The translations under genes were made by a program, and so were the position numbers. Positions 63,650 to 64,000 of a stretch of 64,000 bases of DNA are shown in pieces; within the stretch, counting starts at the first letter, position 1; every line of letters begins with the position of its first letter. Location: NCBI GenBank assembly GCA_022826705.1, contig JAJDUJ010000015.1, positions 75,167 to 139,166 on the forward strand. Reading direction: 5' to 3'. The notes under the pieces are model-generated. The model saw only the letters and a list, made by a program, of their open reading frames with translations. It ran no database searches and was not told the DNA's origin. This DNA is from Acidimicrobiia bacterium. Lineage in GTDB: Bacteria; Actinomycetota; Acidimicrobiia; Acidimicrobiales; Bin134.

Positions 63650-64000
63650 TCAGTCGTTGAGCGCGGCCGGATCGGCGATGATCTCTGCCAAGGTCTGGAG
63701 GAATTGGGCTCCCGGTGCACCGTCCACCGCGCGGTGGTCGATGGTGAGGCTGAAGGTGATCATCTGGCGCCAGGCCACATCGTCGCCGTCGCGGACGGGC
63801 ACCTCTACCGCCTGCCCCACGCCGAGGATGGCCACTTCGGGAGGGTTGATTATCGGGGTGAAGGCGTCGATGCCGTAGGCGCCCAGGTTCGTGACCGTGA
63901 ACGTGCTGCCGGAGATCTCCGATGGCGTGGCGGATTTGGTGCGCGCCCTCTCGGCGAGATCGCGCACCTCGCCAGAGAGCTCGGCGAGGGACTTGGCGGC
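63650..64000 (-). CDS. 2-oxoacid dehydrogenase E2 (dihydrolipoamide acyltransferase), C-terminal catalytic domain; partial, N-terminus beyond the window
   Basis: GSTFTVTNLGAYGIDAFTPIINPPEVAILGVG and the catalytic SLTIDHRAVDGAPGAQFL motif. The frame stays open upstream of 63967 to the window end (AAKSLAELSGEVRDLAERAR...). Confidence 0.9.
   Translation of the reverse strand, partial: AAKSLAELSGEVRDLAERARTKSATPSEISGSTFTVTNLGAYGIDAFTPIINPPEVAILGVGQAVEVPVRDGDDVAWRQMITFSLTIDHRAVDGAPGAQFLQTLAEIIADPAALND

Overview
This is a high-GC chromosomal segment (62-63% in my hand counts of single 60-nt lines). Its content and synteny look like Actinomycetota: tRNA-Gln, glmU-like, prs, rplY, pth, mfd, mazG, eno, ftsB. 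It also carries two tiny basic ribosomal proteins, bS22 and a bL37-like peptide, which the >=60-aa ORF track cannot show.

Left part: a MacB-type ABC exporter, a peroxiredoxin, a LysM lipoprotein and a D-aminoacylase. These are followed by a large nucleoside/deoxynucleoside salvage locus: upp, deoC, two ALDH-family genes and an NT5C-like nucleotidase on one side; HAD, add, deoA, cdd and a BMP-family nucleoside ABC importer on the other.

That locus is interrupted at about 12.87-17.19 kb by a ~4.3-kb low-GC island (40-47% in spot counts) with no mobility genes. The island encodes three proteins:
- a McrB-like AAA+ NTPase with an atypical GKGT P-loop and an unassigned ~240-aa N-terminal domain;
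- a tightly coupled partner with a C-terminal PD-(D/E)xK motif;
- a convergent beta-class N4/N6 DNA methyltransferase.

This island is my best candidate for an undescribed restriction/defence module. It resembles LlaJI in architecture but is built around an amino-methyltransferase.

Right part: a catabolic cluster with four Amidohydrolase_2 paralogues, a cupin, a PaaK-like ligase, an ADP-forming acyl-CoA synthetase and SDRs. Then come menB, an orphan protein, an MFS transporter and a partial E2 acyltransferase.

Many long ORFs in the track are antisense shadow ORFs typical of high-GC DNA and are not called. Several starts were trimmed to internal start codons using RBS, gene overlap and N-terminal family motifs. 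All functional calls rest on motif recognition by eye, not on database searches.
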